This document shows positions 26,908 to 36,509 of a stretch of 52,534 nucleotides of DNA, piece after piece (position 1 is the stretch's first letter; the number at the start of each line of letters is the position of its first letter). The notes beneath the pieces were generated by a model. It searched no databases. It saw nothing but the letters and a program-made list of their open reading frames with translations, and had not been told where the DNA came from. This DNA comes from a virus (taxonomy: Duplodnaviria; Caudoviricetes). The stretch spans positions 1 through 52,534 of IMG/VR virus record IMGVR_UViG_3300034072_000552; one strand, given 5' to 3'. Made by a program: the position numbers and the translations under genes.

Positions 26908-27321
26908 ATGTCTTATGCCAAGAAAAACGACACTCTTGTTTATACGGATAGCGCCGGCAACCCTCGCGCTGCGGCTGTTACGGTAGCCCTGACGCCCGAT
27001 GGAGGCTCTATCGGGGAAAAGAAGCAGTACACCATGCTCGCAAATGCTACCGAGACGGGCGCTCAAGTCGGTCCAATCGCCGGAGGGGACTATGTCTGGC
27101 GTTGCGAGGCTTCGAATTGGAATGGGGCGACGGCTACCCTTCAGTATCTTGGCCTTGACGGCGTCACTTGGTTCCCGGTTCGGAACGCAGCCAACACGGC
27201 TGACGTCGCCCTGACAGCCAACGGTCAGGTCTCGCTTGGAGTGGCTCAAGGGTCTATCCTGCGAGTTGCGATCAGCGTTGCCGCGCCGGTCGCAATGAAC
27301 TCTGTCTTGGGCGGTCTGTGA
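26908..27321 (+). CDS. Putative virion accessory protein (beta-rich)
   Basis: AGGAG RBS; Ala/Thr/Gly/Val-rich; in the head module. Confidence 0.65.
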   Translation: MSYAKKNDTLVYTDSAGNPRAAAVTVALTPDGGSIGEKKQYTMLANATETGAQVGPIAGGDYVWRCEASNWNGATATLQYLGLDGVTWFPVRNAANTADVALTANGQVSLGVAQGSILRVAISVAAPVAMNSVLGGL

Positions 27322-27322
27322 T

Positions 27323-28699
27323 ATGGTTTCACGAGCTATTCTCAATAACTGGCCTTTGGTGCCGCCGTCCGGGTTCAACATGTTGTTGAACGGCTTCAGT
27401 CGCCTGAAAGCTAAGCTTGCCGTTGGAGCGAATGCCGTTATCTTCGTTAATGGGGACAGCACGGCGTATTCCGAATACGGACCTTATTACAAGTTTGCCG
27501 TGATGCTCGGCAACTTGTACAACGCCACTGTGATCGTTCATCGCTGGGCTGAGTGGACCGGTGCTGCGGCAAACGGCCCAAAGGAATATAGCGCGCCGGT
27601 CGTGCTACGTGCTGGTAGTTCTCAGGTTGTTGAGTTGTTTCTTGCTGCTCTCCCGGGGCAGGTCATCGGCTGTATGTTTGAATCGTCTCGCAAGCAGAAG
27701 GCGATTGACGCTATCCCGACCCCAGACGTGGCGATCACTCACCACGGTCATAACATGATCTCGTTCGAAACGCCGGGTTCTGACATTTCTATCGGTCGCG
27801 GTCTGTTTTGGGCCGGTATCGGGATGATCAGCTGGCAGTGGGAGGGCGTGGCGCAAGTAATCACGACCCAGAACCCGCTGAGAGACGACACGACATACAG
27901 CAAGTTGTACAATTCGATCACGGGTGTTGCTGCTGTATTTCCGTCTATCACGATGGTTGATACCAACAAGAAGTTTACTGACGCAAATAAAAATGCAAGT
28001 CTTTACAGGGATAACGTTCACCCCTCAGACACATCTGGAAATTCGTCCGGGGCTCAGCTTCAAGCTGACGCCCTCATGGTCGAATTTAATCGTGCCCGGG
28101 TAGGAGAATTTTCAACTGAAAGCTGGATGGAGCTTCCGATTGGCTCTAATCTGTTTGTTAACGGAGACTTGTCGAATTGGACAGGTTCCACTCCGGCAAA
28201 CTTCTCGAATGTTGCTGGCAACGTGACTTCGAAGGATTTCGACCCCGCCAACATATTCCCCGGTTCAGGGGCCTCGTATTCTGCGAAAGTCGCCCCACCG
28301 GCGGCTAACGGTCAATTTGCGAAGTTGAGCAACTCATTCGACGCCACTGAAAGAGCGTCTATGTCTGGCAAGTCTGTGACGGCAATCATGTTGGTTAAAG
28401 CTAACCCCCTTCAGAAGATGCCAGTTACCTCTTTCGTGACGCTATCGCTAGGAAGCCTGAGAACGTTCACAGGCGGTGGTCTTTTGTGGGATCAGCAATC
28501 GGGGAAGAACGTTGGCGGTTGGATGCCAATCGTTTACGCGGGATTACCTTGCGACGCTAACAACTCTGACGCCAATTCAAAGTTTGCGCTGAGCCCAGCG
28601 TTCGGGGGCGCGGCTCCTCCAACTTTGGACCCGGCGTGGCTTCAGAGGGCGGTCATCATTGAAGGCTCGGTTCCTCGCCTCGGTTTGGTTCGTCCTTGA
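27323..28699 (+). CDS. SGNH/GDSL hydrolase plus carbohydrate-binding-like domain (putative virion esterase/head fibre)
   Basis: Block I FVNGDST, block III HGHN, block V DNVHP; NLFVNGDLSNW starts a CBM-like beta domain. Confidence 0.7.
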   Translation: MVSRAILNNWPLVPPSGFNMLLNGFSRLKAKLAVGANAVIFVNGDSTAYSEYGPYYKFAVMLGNLYNATVIVHRWAEWTGAAANGPKEYSAPVVLRAGSSQVVELFLAALPGQVIGCMFESSRKQKAIDAIPTPDVAITHHGHNMISFETPGSDISIGRGLFWAGIGMISWQWEGVAQVITTQNPLRDDTTYSKLYNSITGVAAVFPSITMVDTNKKFTDANKNASLYRDNVHPSDTSGNSSGAQLQADALMVEFNRARVGEFSTESWMELPIGSNLFVNGDLSNWTGSTPANFSNVAGNVTSKDFDPANIFPGSGASYSAKVAPPAANGQFAKLSNSFDATERASMSGKSVTAIMLVKANPLQKMPVTSFVTLSLGSLRTFTGGGLLWDQQSGKNVGGWMPIVYAGLPCDANNSDANSKFALSPAFGGAAPPTLDPAWLQRAVIIEGSVPRLGLVRP

Positions 28700-28715
28700 A
28701 ATTGAAAGTCTTCGA

Positions 28716-29528
28716 ATGTTCAGCTGCGACGCGATCCAACCACAGTCCTACCGACTGGCCAGCATGGTCCGGGGTCGTCGCCCCGGGTCCGTGGCGTTGG
28801 TCCCCGTCATTCCGGTCCCTCTGGGCTTTGAACGGAGCTACCTTGCCCAATTGCGGGCTCTTGAGCAGACCATAGCCCAAGGCATCCGGGATATCATCGT
28901 TCCGAAATATGAGACCAAGTTGGTGACCGACGCCGACGAAGACAGCTTCAACGCCTTCCGTCTTCTTGTTGGGGCTATGGTTCGCAGCGTCTCGCAGCAG
29001 GTCGGCGAGCTTTTGAAGCTGGAAGGCCGTCGCCACACCAAGGCGTGGATGGGATCGGCGCGGCGCGCTTTCAGCGTAGACCTGAGCAGCGTTATCGCGG
29101 ATGAGGACCTTGAGTCATACCTTGAAGCGGCGGCTCTGCGCAACGCCTCCCTGATCCGGGGCTTGGCAGACGATATCATGAAGCGGGTCGCCACCGAGAC
29201 GACTAACGCTCTGATTGGCGGCAAGTCGGCGGCAGAGCTCAAGACGATCCTAAAGCGCCAGCTTGAAATTGGGGACGCCCGGGCTCGCCTCATAGCCTGG
29301 GATCAGACGGGCAAGCTCACGGCTGATCTCAACCGCATTCGACATGAACAGGCCGGGATTGACGAATACATCTGGCGCACCAGTCAAGATGAGCGTGTGC
29401 GCCCCCGGCACCGCGATTTGGAAGGCAAGCAATACAAATACGGGGAGCCGACCGGCGCAGAGGAGGGATTGCCCCCTGGGCAACCCATTCAGTGTCGTTG
29501 TATTGCTCAAGGCGTAGTGAGGTTTTGA
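28716..29528 (+). CDS. Head morphogenesis / minor head protein (Mu gpF / SPP1 gp7 family)
   Basis: RARLIAWDQTGKL, YIWRTSQDERVRPRH, PGQPIQCRC; start uncertain. Confidence 0.88.
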   Translation: MFSCDAIQPQSYRLASMVRGRRPGSVALVPVIPVPLGFERSYLAQLRALEQTIAQGIRDIIVPKYETKLVTDADEDSFNAFRLLVGAMVRSVSQQVGELLKLEGRRHTKAWMGSARRAFSVDLSSVIADEDLESYLEAAALRNASLIRGLADDIMKRVATETTNALIGGKSAAELKTILKRQLEIGDARARLIAWDQTGKLTADLNRIRHEQAGIDEYIWRTSQDERVRPRHRDLEGKQYKYGEPTGAEEGLPPGQPIQCRCIAQGVVRF

Positions 29529-29707
29529 TGGCTTGTAGATGCGCAGAACGCAAAGCAGCAATTGTTGAAGCAGTCAAGAGGCCATCAACAGCCTTGACCG
29601 CCGCCACGTTTGTCGCTAAAACAGGAGCCCAAGACGTTGTCGCCGTTACCGCTCAAGGAACGAAACGTGTTTTGGATTACCTCCAGAGAAGGGGGCTGAG
29701 GAGCTGA
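29528..29707 (+). CDS. Small hypothetical protein (MACRC...)
   Basis: TGATG coupling on both sides. Confidence 0.6.
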   Translation: MACRCAERKAAIVEAVKRPSTALTAATFVAKTGAQDVVAVTAQGTKRVLDYLQRRGLRS

Positions 29708-30873
29708 TGCAGTTTACGGACTCAGTTGCGATTTTAGGCACGCGCCGCCGGGAAGACGGCTATCTGGTTGCTGACGCACGGGTCGCCCGCACCGGCATTC
29801 AACAGTATCTCGGCAGTGAGCTGGGCCGCCCCGATCTCAAGGTTGTTGACGTCTATCGCCCCGCTGAGGAAGTCTTCAGCGAAGACACCATGAAGTCCTT
29901 CGCCTTCCGACCCATCACTGACGACCATCCGCCCGTCGCCGTTACGGCTGACAACTGGAAGGATTACGCCCGGGGCAACACGGACGGCGAAATCAAGCGT
30001 GACGGCGAGTTTGTCCGCGTCGGCCTAATGGTGGCTGACGGCGCTTCAATTCAGAAGGTGGAAGGCAACAAGCGAGAGCTGAGCGCCGGTTACACCTGCG
30101 ATTTGGTCTGGGAAGACGGCGTGACGCCGGAGGGCAAGCCCTATCAGGCCAAGCAAACCAAAATCAGAGCCAACCATGTCGCTATTGTTCAACGCGGTCG
30201 TGCTGGTTCGGATGTACGCATTGGAGACAGTGCGTCTCACTGGGGCACAGCCCCGATCATCGCGCAATACAAGGAGACACCCATGGGTACGCGCAATGTG
30301 ATGGTGGATGGGCTTTCCGTGGAAACCACGGATCAGGGTGCCCAGGCCATTGAAAAGCTGATCGGCGACCGCAAGCGGCTCGAAGACCAGCTGAACGAAA
30401 AGGACGGCAAGAACAAGAAGGACATGGAGGCCAAGGATGCGGCGATTTCCGCTCTTCAAGCCAAGCTTGACGATGCCACGTCCAAGGTTCTCACGTCTGA
30501 CGCTATCAGCAAGCTGGTGGCTGACCGCGTTGCCCTGGAAGCGAAGGCGGCGAAGATCACCCCGGACGTGAAGCCCGCCGGTCTTTCTGACGCTGACCTC
30601 AAGACGGCAGTTGTCAAGGCCAAGCTCGGCGACAAGCTCCCGTCTGAACGGATCGGCGATCAGGCGTACATTGACGCCCGCTTCGATATCCTTGCCGATG
30701 AGTCCGCTCAGACGCAGGACACCTTCCGTCAGGCCCGTCTGGGCGACGGTCGCCCGCATTCTCCCGCCGCCGGCAGTCCCATCGCCATGAACGACGCCCA
30801 GCGCGCTCGTCAGCAGGCGTTTGACGAGCTGCTCCACTTCGACCAGACCGGCGTTGAACGCGCCGCCAACTGA
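29707..30873 (+). CDS. Prohead protease/scaffold (DUF2213-type)
   Basis: ARTGIQQY, VYRPAEEVF, PITDDHP, ELSAGY, NHVAIVQRGRAG; coiled-coil C-terminal half. Confidence 0.88.
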   Translation: MQFTDSVAILGTRRREDGYLVADARVARTGIQQYLGSELGRPDLKVVDVYRPAEEVFSEDTMKSFAFRPITDDHPPVAVTADNWKDYARGNTDGEIKRDGEFVRVGLMVADGASIQKVEGNKRELSAGYTCDLVWEDGVTPEGKPYQAKQTKIRANHVAIVQRGRAGSDVRIGDSASHWGTAPIIAQYKETPMGTRNVMVDGLSVETTDQGAQAIEKLIGDRKRLEDQLNEKDGKNKKDMEAKDAAISALQAKLDDATSKVLTSDAISKLVADRVALEAKAAKITPDVKPAGLSDADLKTAVVKAKLGDKLPSERIGDQAYIDARFDILADESAQTQDTFRQARLGDGRPHSPAAGSPIAMNDAQRARQQAFDELLHFDQTGVERAAN

Positions 30874-30883
30874 GGGTTGTGAA

Positions 30884-31336
30884 ATGCCGTATACTGAAAA
30901 CTACAACATCGACCCGGATGTGGCGCAGGAAGGTCAGGTTGCTGACACGTCTCCGGCCACGATCCTTTCGCGCACCGTTGACGCCGAAATCGGTTTCGGC
31001 AAGGCGGTCCAGAAGGGTGCCAAGCAGCACTCTGTGAAGGCTGCTCTTGACGCCGTTCACGGCATCACTGTCCGGTCTCAGGCCACTGGCGCTCGCGCCG
31101 CTTCGCCTGATGTTTATCCGGTCAACGATACGGCAGCAATTCTCACCCAAGGCCCGATCTGGGTCAAGGTGGACAGCACCGTGGTCGAAGGCGACGATGT
31201 CACCGTTACGGTGGCGACTGGTCTTTTCGGCACCAAGGCCGTCGATGCCGGCGTCATCGCGGTTCCCGGGGCAGTCTTCGACACCGGTGCCGCAGCGAAC
31301 GGGCTTGCCCGCATCCGCGTCAACCTGCCGCAGTAA
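30884..31336 (+). CDS. Head decoration/cement protein
   Basis: Between protease and MCP; IGFGKAV, GPIWV pattern. Confidence 0.75.
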   Translation: MPYTENYNIDPDVAQEGQVADTSPATILSRTVDAEIGFGKAVQKGAKQHSVKAALDAVHGITVRSQATGARAASPDVYPVNDTAAILTQGPIWVKVDSTVVEGDDVTVTVATGLFGTKAVDAGVIAVPGAVFDTGAAANGLARIRVNLPQ

Positions 31337-31348
31337 GGAGCGCAGAAC

Positions 31349-32287
31349 ATGTTCCAGCAGAACCAGCTTCAGATCGGCGATGCGATGCAGGCCAACCTTG
31401 GCTTCGTTGAATCGCAGACCGCCCACGTCGAAGCGGGCGTGTATCGCACCCGCTTCCCGGGCATCCGCTATCCGGGTCTGATCCCGGTTGACTACTCGGC
31501 CCCCGAGTGGATCAAAACAATCACCTACTACAGCATGGACATCAGCGGTCGCGCTGACTGGATCGCCGACCGCTCCAGCGATATCCCGGTTGTGGGCACC
31601 CGTCTGGCGCAGGATGAAACTGCGATCCAGATGGCGGGTATTGGCTATGATTACGGCCTTGAAGAGGTCAATCAGGCCCAGATGCTTGGCATGAACCTTC
31701 CCGGCGAAAAGGCCGCTGCGGCTCGTCTCATCTATGAGCGCACCGTGGACAATATCGCCTTCACCGGCGATACTGAAAAGGGCTGGAAGGGTCTCTATAA
31801 CAACACGTCAGTCACGGCAGTTGCCGCCGGATTTGATTGGGACACGGCCACGGAAGACCAGATTTTGCAGACTGTCAACGAGCTTCTGGGCGGGGTCTTC
31901 ACGGCCACCAACGAGATTGCCATGGCTGACACGCTGCTGCTGCCTTCTCTCAAGCTCCAGCAGATCGCTTCCAAGCGTCTGGGCGACGGCAACGGCTCGT
32001 TGACCATCCTCCAGTTCCTCCAGCAGGCAAACGTCTACACGGCGGAAACCGGCCAGCAGCTCCGTATTCGCGGCGCACGCGGCCTGAACACGGCAGGTGC
32101 CGGCGGCACAGCCCGCATGGTGGCCTACCGCAACAGCCCGGAAGTGCTCAAGATGCACATTCCGATGCGTCACCGGTTCCTCCCGGTCCAGGTTGTCGGC
32201 CTGACCTACAAGGTCCCCGGCATCTTCCGTCTGGGTCCGCTCGACATTCGACTGCCCAAGGAAGTGCGTTACAGCGACGGCATCTGA
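31349..32287 (+). CDS. Major capsid protein (DUF2184 / HK97 fold)
   Basis: Position; AAGGAG RBS; YGLEE, AFTGD...GLYN, RMVAY motifs. Confidence 0.9.
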   Translation: MFQQNQLQIGDAMQANLGFVESQTAHVEAGVYRTRFPGIRYPGLIPVDYSAPEWIKTITYYSMDISGRADWIADRSSDIPVVGTRLAQDETAIQMAGIGYDYGLEEVNQAQMLGMNLPGEKAAAARLIYERTVDNIAFTGDTEKGWKGLYNNTSVTAVAAGFDWDTATEDQILQTVNELLGGVFTATNEIAMADTLLLPSLKLQQIASKRLGDGNGSLTILQFLQQANVYTAETGQQLRIRGARGLNTAGAGGTARMVAYRNSPEVLKMHIPMRHRFLPVQVVGLTYKVPGIFRLGPLDIRLPKEVRYSDGI

Positions 32288-32381
32288 GCGGCCTGAAAAG
32301 GCGCGCTGACCCTCTGCCCCGGCGTCAAACCCGGGGCTGAGGCAGCAGAAGTAAGCGGAACCCCTTAACGGAGGAATACCA

Positions 32382-32810
32382 GTGACCAAAGTTACCAACA
32401 AGCATGACGGCCTCATCAACATCCTGGGTGTCGACATCGCCCCCGGCAAGTCAGTCGAAATCGACACCAAGAAGTTTGATATGTGGGCCAAGGGCGGTCC
32501 CGCCAAGCAGTGGCTGAAGGCCGGTGTCGTCATCACTGACGCCAAGGTCGATCTGAAGGATGTCAAGGAACCGGAGACCGACCGCCAGAAGCTGGAGGCC
32601 CGTGCCACTGAGCTCGGCATCAGCTTCGACGCCGAAACGTCTGACGAAGACCTCACCAACGCCGTCGCCGAACAGGAAGAAAACAGCGCCGCCAATGAGC
32701 GAGAAAATCTCCTGAAGGAAGCTCGCGATTTGGGCCTCAACCCGAACGCCAACACCGGCACCGAGAAGCTCAAGAAGCTGATCGCTGACAAGAAGGCTCA
32801 GACCGCCTAA
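32382..32810 (+). CDS. Hypothetical protein with two tandem HeH/Rho-N-like helical motifs
   Basis: LEARATELGI...DEDL and LLKEARDLGL...TEKL repeats. Confidence 0.7.
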   Translation: MTKVTNKHDGLINILGVDIAPGKSVEIDTKKFDMWAKGGPAKQWLKAGVVITDAKVDLKDVKEPETDRQKLEARATELGISFDAETSDEDLTNAVAEQEENSAANERENLLKEARDLGLNPNANTGTEKLKKLIADKKAQTA

Positions 32811-33199
32811 TGGTTCAAGTGCCCACGGCATCGGAAGTCAAGGCCCGCTACCCCGAGTTTTCCGGGGTAGCGGACGCGCTTGTCACATCAGTGATTGCGG
32901 AAGCCTCGCCGATGGTCGATGACGATTGGGTGGAGACCGACCAGAAGCCGGCAATCATGGCCTTCACGGCCCACCTTCTCTCCATGGAAGGCTACCCGAA
33001 GCGCACTGACGGAGCCCCGCTGCCCCCGTCCGCTGGGCGGGAAGTCCTCATGCGCAAGGTCGGCGACGTTACCACGCAATACGCCCAAACAGCGGGCGCA
33101 ACCGGCTCCGGTTTGCTTTCGTCCCTGAGCCTAACGGTGTATGGCCGCAGGTTCGCTCAGCTGCTCAAGCTGAATGCCCCGGCTATCGGGCTGGTGTGA
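32810..33199 (+). CDS. Head-tail adaptor (DUF4054-like)
   Basis: RYPEF, AHLL, VGDVTTQY, TVYGRRF. Confidence 0.8.
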   Translation: MVQVPTASEVKARYPEFSGVADALVTSVIAEASPMVDDDWVETDQKPAIMAFTAHLLSMEGYPKRTDGAPLPPSAGREVLMRKVGDVTTQYAQTAGATGSGLLSSLSLTVYGRRFAQLLKLNAPAIGLV

Positions 33200-33200
33200 T

Positions 33201-33635
33201 GTGGTATCGGTTACGATCCGACGCAATCGCAACATCGAAATTCCCAAGACAATTTCAGGTCCCCGGCAAGTAAAGGTCGGCTTTCCCGCTGGGAAGGTCT
33301 CCACGGCTGTGGTTGATCGGGCTATCTGGAACCATTACGGCACCTCCCGGGGCATTCCTCCTCGCCCCTTCCTTCTGAACGCAATCCGCAACAATCGGGG
33401 TGAGTACCTCCGGTTTCTCAAGTCCTCCGGCGCGAAAATCCTGCGCGGGGAGATGACGCTGGAGACGGCGATGCGTCAGTTGGGCATCCTAGCCCAAGGG
33501 GACATTCAGGAGGAAATCACCAATCTGCGCGATCCGCCGAACGCGCCTAGCACGATCAAGCAGAAGGGTTCCGACAATCCCCTGATCGACACCGGGGAGA
33601 TGCGCAGCAAGGTAACTTGGCAGGTGAAACGCTGA
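33201..33635 (+). CDS. Neck / tail-completion protein
   Basis: VKVGF, NHYGT..IPPRPFL, PPNAPSTIKQKGSDNPLIDTG. Confidence 0.8.
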   Translation: MVSVTIRRNRNIEIPKTISGPRQVKVGFPAGKVSTAVVDRAIWNHYGTSRGIPPRPFLLNAIRNNRGEYLRFLKSSGAKILRGEMTLETAMRQLGILAQGDIQEEITNLRDPPNAPSTIKQKGSDNPLIDTGEMRSKVTWQVKR

Positions 33636-33967
33636 TGGACGTAGCCGAAGCAATTGACGACGAGGCCGTACCGGTCACTTTCAAGCCCCCGGCTGGGGCG
33701 ACCTACACCAAGGGAGGAGACGCCGTGCCCGGCGCTGCCCCTGCCCCAGTTCCCGGCATGGCCGCCATTCAGCCCTCCTCTGGGCGTATGCTCCAGGACC
33801 TTCCCGAAGGGCTCCGGGCTGAGGTTTCAATGGTTGGTTGGTCAAGAACCATGGTTGCCGTCAAGTGGGAAGTCGTTTATGGTGGCGAGACATTCCGGGT
33901 TGTCCACGTTTGGCCTCGCCCGGGAGACGGCTTTTGTAAGTTCGCCATGAAGAGGGTCGAAGGTTGA
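33635..33967 (+). CDS. Head-closure/stopper-like protein
   Basis: Position; IQP....LQDLPEGLR motif. Confidence 0.7.
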   Translation: MDVAEAIDDEAVPVTFKPPAGATYTKGGDAVPGAAPAPVPGMAAIQPSSGRMLQDLPEGLRAEVSMVGWSRTMVAVKWEVVYGGETFRVVHVWPRPGDGFCKFAMKRVEG

Positions 33968-34449
33968 ATAACAACGAGGTCCATACCCGCTTGAATGAGT
34001 GGCTGGTTGACCTTCTTGGTGTGACCATGATCAAGGACCGTCAGCAGGCTGACCGGCCTCCCAAGACCTACGGCATGACCGACCTCGCGAATTGGCGCAA
34101 TATTCACGACAACGTTGACGATATCGCCTATGCGGGGGAGGAGGAAGTTGTTGCCACCCCGATTTTCGAGATTGAGTGGACGTTCTTGTTGTTTCTTTAC
34201 GGTGCCCAAGGAGAGAACCTTGTGCGCCGCCTCCAGTCGGCGGTTCACTTGACCCAACTCCAGGAGCCCCTGCGGCCTGATCTCATTATTCATGAGGTCA
34301 GCGCCGCTAACAGTATTCCTGAGCTCGTGGGTGAAGATTGGGAACCCCGGACTCAGGTGAACATAGTCGTGCGCGGCAAGTCCAGCGATGGCTTCGTTAT
34401 CGATGTCATTGAGGAGTACGACTTCAACATCACAGGAGAAAGGGCCTGA
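33964..34449 (+). CDS. Tail terminator-like protein
   Basis: Immediately upstream of the sheath gene; typical size. Confidence 0.65.
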   Translation: MNNNEVHTRLNEWLVDLLGVTMIKDRQQADRPPKTYGMTDLANWRNIHDNVDDIAYAGEEEVVATPIFEIEWTFLLFLYGAQGENLVRRLQSAVHLTQLQEPLRPDLIIHEVSAANSIPELVGEDWEPRTQVNIVVRGKSSDGFVIDVIEEYDFNITGERA

Positions 34450-34451
34450 AC

Positions 34452-35606
34452 ATGGCAAAGCTTCCATACAGCCGTGTTGTGAACGTAAGCTTGTCGCGCA
34501 ACGACAACTTCCCGACGCGACGTGGTTTTGGCACGCAGCTCATCCTCACTCACACCTCTGTCGCCGGAGTGGTGGACGCAACTCACCGCACCAAGCTGTA
34601 CGCTTCCCTTGAGGAAGTTAAGACGGATTACCCCTCCAACACGACTGTTTACGCAGCGGCGCTTGCGGCCTTCTCGCAGAACCCGCGCCCCCCGCGCATT
34701 AAGGTCGGCTTCGCTGCCACCCCGACCGGCGCTGACGACGCGGCGAAGAAGGCTAACTTCATCGCCTCTCTGGACGCGATCCTGGACTATGACCAGAGCT
34801 GGTATATGGGCACGGTTGACAAGCCCATGCGCGATCAGCCCTACCTTGACGGCCTCGTTGAGTGGACTGAAGCTCAGCAGAAGATTGCTATGATCGATAG
34901 CAATGACGTCAAGCTTCAGGACCCGGCTGACACTACCAACATCGCCGCTCGCCACAAGGGTACGGTGGAGCGCACGGCGGTTTTCTATCACACCGACCCC
35001 GACGCTTATCTGGCCGGGTCTATGGCCGCTTACATGGCAACCCGCGTCTTTGATGACGCCGACAGCGCCTACACTCTGAAGTTCAGGAAGGCCCCCGGCA
35101 TCAACAACGTGAACATCGGTTCCGCTGCTGTGACCGCCGTCACCGGCTTTATTGAAGGGGTCGGACAAAGCGAAAGCTCGGGTCACTGCGCCAACACCTA
35201 CGTCGATATTGGCGATCAGAATTTCCTGGTTGAAGGTTCGATGCTGACGCAGAACGTCTTCGTGGATGAAGTCCACGCGACGGACTGGATCATTGCGCGC
35301 ACTGAAGAAGAGGCTCTGGCCTTGTTCCTCAACAACGCCCGCATTCCTTACACTGACCAGGGCATGCAGCAGCTTGCTTCCGTCCCCCGGGCTATCATGG
35401 CCCAGGCAGTTCGCGCCGGTCTCGTGGCCAAGGACCTCAACCCGGAAACGGGTGCTTACGAGGCTGCGGTTGAAATCACCGTGCCGTCTGTCTTCGACGT
35501 GCCGGAAAGCCAGCGCAAGGCTCGCATCGCCCCGGCTATCTCCGTCCGGTTCCGGTACGCTGGAGCCGTCCATTACACCACCATCAACTACACGATGACG
35601 TTCTAA
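34452..35606 (+). CDS. Contractile tail sheath protein (DUF3383-like)
   Basis: SRVVNVSL, FSQNPRP, TLKF, DEVHATDW, IPYTDQG, AGAVH. Confidence 0.88.
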   Translation: MAKLPYSRVVNVSLSRNDNFPTRRGFGTQLILTHTSVAGVVDATHRTKLYASLEEVKTDYPSNTTVYAAALAAFSQNPRPPRIKVGFAATPTGADDAAKKANFIASLDAILDYDQSWYMGTVDKPMRDQPYLDGLVEWTEAQQKIAMIDSNDVKLQDPADTTNIAARHKGTVERTAVFYHTDPDAYLAGSMAAYMATRVFDDADSAYTLKFRKAPGINNVNIGSAAVTAVTGFIEGVGQSESSGHCANTYVDIGDQNFLVEGSMLTQNVFVDEVHATDWIIARTEEEALALFLNNARIPYTDQGMQQLASVPRAIMAQAVRAGLVAKDLNPETGAYEAAVEITVPSVFDVPESQRKARIAPAISVRFRYAGAVHYTTINYTMTF

Positions 35607-35619
35607 GGGAGCCCCGAAC

Positions 35620-36045
35620 ATGACCACCATCGCATATTCGATGCTCAATGTGGTGGCGACACTTGATGGTCGTCGCGTCATTGGGCTTATGGACGGCGAC
35701 AACGCAATTCAGGTGTCTCCGGGCGCAGATGTCGGTACTATGCTCATTGGAGCGGACGGCACGCCTCTGTTCAGCCAATCGGCTGATCGGTCGGCAACCA
35801 TCACCCTGCGTCTCAAGCCCAACAGCCCGACCCATCGTCAGCTGTTGGAAAAGTGGAGGGCGCAGCGGGCCGGCATCCTCCGTGGGTTCCCGTTCGATAT
35901 CATCGACAACGGGAACAACGAAGGCGGCACCGGCACTGATTGCTTTGTGCGTACCGCTCCTGATGACGCAAAGGGCACCAATGCGACGGTGCGTGAATGG
36001 GTTATCGTGACCGGCAACTGGACGCCCAACGTCACGACCCCGTAA
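35620..36045 (+). CDS. Tail tube protein (DUF3277-like)
   Basis: Follows sheath; GADG, TITLRLKPNSP, REW. Confidence 0.82.
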   Translation: MTTIAYSMLNVVATLDGRRVIGLMDGDNAIQVSPGADVGTMLIGADGTPLFSQSADRSATITLRLKPNSPTHRQLLEKWRAQRAGILRGFPFDIIDNGNNEGGTGTDCFVRTAPDDAKGTNATVREWVIVTGNWTPNVTTP

Positions 36046-36059
36046 AGCGAGGAGCGACA

Positions 36060-36509
36060 ATGGCTGAGAAGAAGATCAACGGCAAGACGTTTCGGGTTTC
36101 CCACGTCCTTGCCCGGGACGCAATCAAACTTCAGGTGCGACTGCTGAAGGTTATCGGGGGCGGCGTGGATCGTCTCCCGACGATCATGGCAGGCATGGGA
36201 AAGAAGGGCAAGGACGACCCGGAAGCCAAGGCCGCGTCCGACGCGGCTCTGGTCGCCGCGCTGGCCGATATCTTTGCCAAGTGCGATCCTGACGGTGTCG
36301 TTGATCTTCTCGACAACATTGCTGCCTTCGCTCAGGTCAACACCTCAAGCGGAGCTTGGAACGCGGTCGATATCGACCAGGATTTCACGTCCAGCAAGAA
36401 AGACCTGTATCCCTTCATCGGTTGGGTTTTGAAAGAGGTGCTCGGGGATTTTTTCTCAGACGTGCCGGGAGCTGGAGACCTTCGGAAGGCAGTGGGGCTG
36501 ACGGGCTAA
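36060..36509 (+). CDS. Tail assembly chaperone (gpG-like)
   Basis: GAGGAG RBS; between tube and tape measure; slippery T-TTT-TTC at 36449-36455. Confidence 0.8.
   Translation: MAEKKINGKTFRVSHVLARDAIKLQVRLLKVIGGGVDRLPTIMAGMGKKGKDDPEAKAASDAALVAALADIFAKCDPDGVVDLLDNIAAFAQVNTSSGAWNAVDIDQDFTSSKKDLYPFIGWVLKEVLGDFFSDVPGAGDLRKAVGLTG

Noticed and set aside
34353-35702. Long minus-strand ORFs (also 3355-4371, 9176-10114, 31808-32791, 50037-51119)
   Set aside because: Antisense shadows of well-supported + strand genes in high-GC DNA; no RBS or protein motifs.
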